64,000 nucleotides of DNA from positions 62,001 to 126,000 of the forward strand of contig NIVC01002528.1 in assembly GCA_002269645.1 (NCBI GenBank), written 5' to 3'. This document shows, piece by piece, positions 59,901-64,000 of the stretch. The first letter of the stretch is position 1. Each line of letters starts with the position of its first letter. The DNA comes from Macrostomum lignano (taxonomy: Eukaryota). Made by a program: the position numbers and the translations under genes. The notes under the pieces were generated by a model that was given only the letters and a program-made list of their open reading frames with translations, was not told where the DNA came from and searched no databases.

Positions 59901-61276
59901 TCAGTCTGCTTGATCCGACACTAAATTGTTGGGGATGATGTTGAAGGTACAGTTTTCGAACTTGCAGTTGCCAAACAAATTGGGTGCTTCGCCAACTGGA
60001 TTGCTAATGGCTATCATACAGTTCGAAACAGAATTCGAACCAGCATCAGATGCAGAAGTAGCCAATGCAGTATTCGTACTACTGCAAGCAACTGCAGGAA
60101 CACGTTGGCCAACCGGCTCAGTCTCAGATGGTAAAGCCAACCGACGACTGATGGCGTGAGACAGATCTACTTGGAGAACTTGATTCTCTTGGTGTAACGC
60201 TCTACGCTCTCTGCTTGCTTGTGGCCCGTTACGACTTGGATATTGGCTGTGCTTACACCATCTGCCAGGTTGGTGACAACCGATGCTCGAATGCAATGGT
60301 TCGTATGACTGCGGCAGCCAAGTCCAGCCAAATCACAAAGCCGTTTCATGAAGTCATTGAGTGAATTCTTACCTAGCACGAGTGTCTTGTGGTACCAGAA
60401 GCCTTCGTGATCCACACGGTTCAATGGCTTGGGCCAGAGACATTCGACGCCAGGTGGAATGGTAGATAGGTTAGAGTTTAACGGCTCGTACAGGACACGA
60501 CGCTGCATCTTCTAGAGACTCCGCCAGGATGATGCACTTGGATGTCGTTGGGTTGTTGGCAGACACAGTCTTCTCAACAGACGACTTAATAAGATCAACG
60601 TAGCGCACACTATCAAACTCGAAAATATTCACGTCCTTCTTTTTCAGTCCACGAAGCCACTCTCGGCCACGAAATCCGAATCCGTAGACCAATTTGAACA
60701 GAACCTCCATTTGTAGTCTAGTTGGAGTAGACCGATCAAAGTACTCGAGTAGGCGATTGAAATCAGCGTCTTCAATTGCACAATATTTAGGTGTAGAAGA
60801 AACGCTTTTCTTCTGTTCCAGTGCCTTGAAAAGCATCGCTTTGTAGGTCCTGTCAAAGGACACAAATTGATCGTTGCCTATTAGTTTCAGATTACGTTTT
60901 ACGTTACGTTACGTTACCTTTGAATATGTTATTCCGTCTGCTTGACAGTTGACTTTCGTTTGCTGTCCTCCTCTGCCTGTCGCAGAAGATCTTGTTCTTC
61001 AGAGGTCAAATCACGCAACAGAGAAATGTCGTCAACGTTGGTTGGGTCACGCAGCTCCTCATCGATGAGCCGTTCCTCAGTAAGCCGGTTCTCAGTAAGG
61101 CCTGTCCATTGACCGATTGAGACGGCATCCTCGCGGTTTACAAGACGAACGACAAAATCCAACTCATCGCCAGTCAAACCGCCTATTTCGTTTTCGCGTA
61201 TTTTGTCGTAGCGCAACGTGATGCAAAAACGTAAAAAATACTGTAGTGAAAGTGGAGAAATAATCCAGGCATGCAC
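59901..61276 (-). mobile_element. Defective Crypton-type DNA transposon (tyrosine recombinase, DUF3504-like) inside Rab6 intron 5, antisense
   Basis: The fragments join into one YR protein: ...KSTVKQTE; AIEDADFNRLLEYF; GFGFRGREWLR (catalytic R); SCPV; LGKNSLNDFMK; HTNHCIRASVVT (HxxR); VTGHKQAESVERY (H, Y); C-terminal FGNCKFENCTFNI. Frameshifts near 60470 and 60190, an in-frame stop at 60929-60931, and a probable deletion near 60900. Confidence 0.78.
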
Positions 61277-62899
61277 GCTAGTATATAGTAGCGGTCCTTA
61301 GTACGAAATTTTACCATAGACAGCAACAGCGGGCGCGAAATGAAGTCATTCTTATTTGATCCAGCGTGCAAGAATGCTTTGGAAGTCGCCATATGCGTGC
61401 AGAAATGCAAGCGTCTATGGTAAAAGCACCTTGAATTTACATGTGCACTCCGTGCAGGAATGTCAATCGTGCAAGAATGTAATGCGCAATGTTTCTATAT
61501 TTAGCAAAACAGCCATAGACTACAAGCATATTCTTCTTTCAATCGTGCAAGAATGTTCAGACTAGCTCGCGCATATTTTGTCTATGGTTCAAGTCTAACT
61601 CCACACTCCCAGCTCCACCCTTGTCTACTTTACCCACACATGTTGGATCAAATAAGAATGGGAATCAAGCACTTTGACTTGTGCGTCTATGGCAAAAACC
61701 CTCGTGCGCTACGCGCACTCGTGTTTCAGCCATTGACGCACTCGTCAGCGTGCTAGATTCCTCCAATCTATAGAAGTGAAGGCGTGCATTTCGTGCCCGC
61801 TATAGTTGCTGGCTCTGTTATGCCATAATAATAATATGGATAGGCTGCTTAGGGCAAAAATGAGCGAATCGGCCTCGGCGCGGAATATATTATTTAATAT
61901 GTATACATGTACAATTTGTATACGATGTATACATGTAAAGAATTTTTCCATAGACAAGACCGTTAATAAACACGGTGCGCAATCTACGTAAATGAGTAAT
62001 CTACAACTTATCCTCAGCAACCTGACCGAAGTACTTGTCGTAGGATCCTTACCGCCAGTGCGATTGAAGCGAGGCTGAAAATCCCGGCCGATCAGCTCGC
62101 TCATTATGCTTCTAATCGTCTTCTTTATGGAGAGTCACAGGCACCTACGCTTCAGAAAGTCGACTTGCGAAGTGATGAATGTGGTTATAGTTACAAGGTT
62201 AACCCTAATTTATACAAAAAAGATCCAAAACAGAATTATATTGTATTTAAAAACTATAGCTTAGATTTTGATGGGTCTATTAATGACTTTTACTTATAAA
62301 AATAGCAGTTCGGTCGGTTGCTACCCGGGGAAAGCGATATTGGACACAATGGACAGATAGGCGGTGTTTATACTATGGACAACAATTTACACTAAATAAT
62401 CTAAGGCAACCAGTTTAGCGTACCAATGTACGCCTAGCTTCGTTATTTGAACTGAGTCGTACGCTGAACGCTTGCAGACATTCTTCATCTCGAATAGGAA
62501 ACTGCGGAAGCCGAGAGACAACCACTGCATTGTCAGAAGCGACTATCTCCTTTTTCAAGAAAGTCTCGAGTTCACAAACTTGAAGAGTAGGACTTTGACA
62601 CTTTTTCCACGGCCCTATGGGCTATGGCCCGAATCAACTGTTCAAACTCCGTCCGTTGTGGGCTACTCCTCACCCCACTCAATTATAAATAACTACGCAT
62701 TGTTTCCAAGGCGAAAATTTCAGAGAAAATCAAGGCATGAATAGAATCTAACTTATGTAAGACAGAACTTATGTAACATATGTAACTTATGTAACACTTA
62801 TCAGACACTGCCCTAAATCTGCTCTGACTCCTTGACATAGCAGAAGTATGCTGCAGCTGTATCTAAATATAAATAAGTTTAATAGCAGGCAATGTCATT

Positions 62900-64000
62900 A
62901 TAGTGCACATAACAAAATGAGACAATGCTTAATTTTCAAGTGGTAAGGTTAACAGAACATACACTTTCAGCATTCGAATTTTCACTAGATGTCGTATACT
63001 GATCCATTGGTCGTACACGCTGTCTTCGATTAGAACAAACCTTTTCTGTGATTACTTTTGTCAAAAGGACATCCACGCCATAGTTCTTTAAACTAATGAA
63101 ACTTCGCAAGAGCTTTACAGTCTCCGTGGTGTCATCATCACTAGCCACGACTTGTAGAATTACGGCAGGCTCCCATTGATCCCATACTTGGCTTGAATCT
63201 CAATACGCTTATGGAGTTCAACTTGCCTCCAATCATCAATTTCATAATTGGAGTAAAGTCCTAAATTACAACTTCTCTTGTAGATTTCAATCACTTGGTG
63301 ATCGTTCAAAAAGTAGATTATAAACTTAAATTTCATTTTGAAGCTGCAGCATGTAATATACATGTGATATATGAGTAATATAATAATATACAAGAATAAA
63401 ATCAAACAAAACAAGATAAAGGAAGACTTTTAGTTTCAGTCAAAGCATGGAATGACAAGGTACTCTGAGCCAGAGTCAGTTGGAATAAGAATTGCCTTTT
63501 GTAGAGGTGTAACTTTAGAGATATGTGACTTTGTCATTTGATAAAAACCAATACCAATACTTTTTGATGGATAGGGATAGTCATAAAGATTACGGCTAAA
63601 CTCAAGAAGATAGCAACTGATATGTTCAATAATCACAATAATAACAGCACCCATTTCAATCATAGCAAAATTGTTTGGACATTGATTAGAGAAGCTAATA
63701 CTAGGTTTTTGATTAGATGAATACAAGTATCGAACATTCAAAAGTTGATTAACAGATCGTGAAAATAGGTCTAGTACAACGAATTCTTTTCTTAATAAGG
63801 TGCAAGTAATTTTCGAATGGTAAAGCAGAAAAATTGTCAAATATCCCATAAATGCTAACAAACTCTGGCAAATGAAGAAGTGCATGAAAATTAAAAGTTA
63901 TTAAATGTCAGCATAGTATAGCTTTAACGCCTATGAAACAAATCGTTGAATGCATGCCTTTGCAGCATTGTGGTAGAGCTCATTGTTGCAATATTTTGGT
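62900..64000 (-). pseudogene. Degenerate EnSpm/CACTA-like transposase C-terminus plus a possible second ORF; the element continues beyond the window
   Basis: A minus-strand frame near 63900-63750 reads TFNFHALLHLPEFVSIYGIFDNFSALPFENYLHLIKKRIR (the HxxxHL...G.xDNFS..PFEN motif of animal EnSpm transposases). It is followed after frameshifts by LYDYPYPSKSIGIG...KAILIP...YLVIP. Stops are present upstream. Confidence 0.62.

Noticed and set aside
60855-60917. Apparent GT-AG intron within the Crypton ORF (caaag|gtaacg...tttgacag|)
   Set aside because: The 'intron' 3' part reads in frame as RNLKLIGNDQFVSFDR, which fits the protein. A deletion with filler DNA explains it better, and a stop codon precedes the donor.

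Overview
This is eukaryotic (animal) genomic DNA, not prokaryotic: there are GT-AG spliceosomal introns throughout and no rRNA, tRNA, CRISPR or operons. The minisatellite-filled introns and long (GACA)n tracts resemble a free-living flatworm such as Macrostomum, but that is an inference only. Five spliced genes could be built by hand with consistent exon phases. (1) The 3' 11 exons of the proteasome activator PSME4/PA200 (+, 619-15180, ends in YYA). (2) A 4-exon FoxF forkhead transcription factor (+, 24760-32319). (3) An unannotated 3-exon gene (-, 41111-37238) encoding an ~310-aa protein with a single PLD/HKD-like motif (HSK...TSAN). (4) A 6-exon SLC16/MCT-type MFS transporter (-, 49297-43151). 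(5) The first 5 exons of Rab6 (+, 53328-58778; the rest lies outside the window). Mobile DNA: an intact 1.42-kb IS630/Tc1/mariner element with ~150-bp TIRs, TA flanks and an unusual DD30E transposase; an hAT-type MITE with an exact 8-bp TSD nested at the centre of an older foldback; a MITE with a CTA TSD; small hairpin elements; a frameshifted Crypton tyrosine-recombinase element; and an EnSpm/CACTA transposase remnant. Almost every intron before ~52 kb carries its own distinct tandem-repeat array. Most long ORFs in the supplied track are artefacts of those arrays. Top leads: the PLD-like orphan gene, the DD30E transposon, the one-intron/one-minisatellite architecture, and the Crypton. Array boundaries are approximate (about +/-20 bp).
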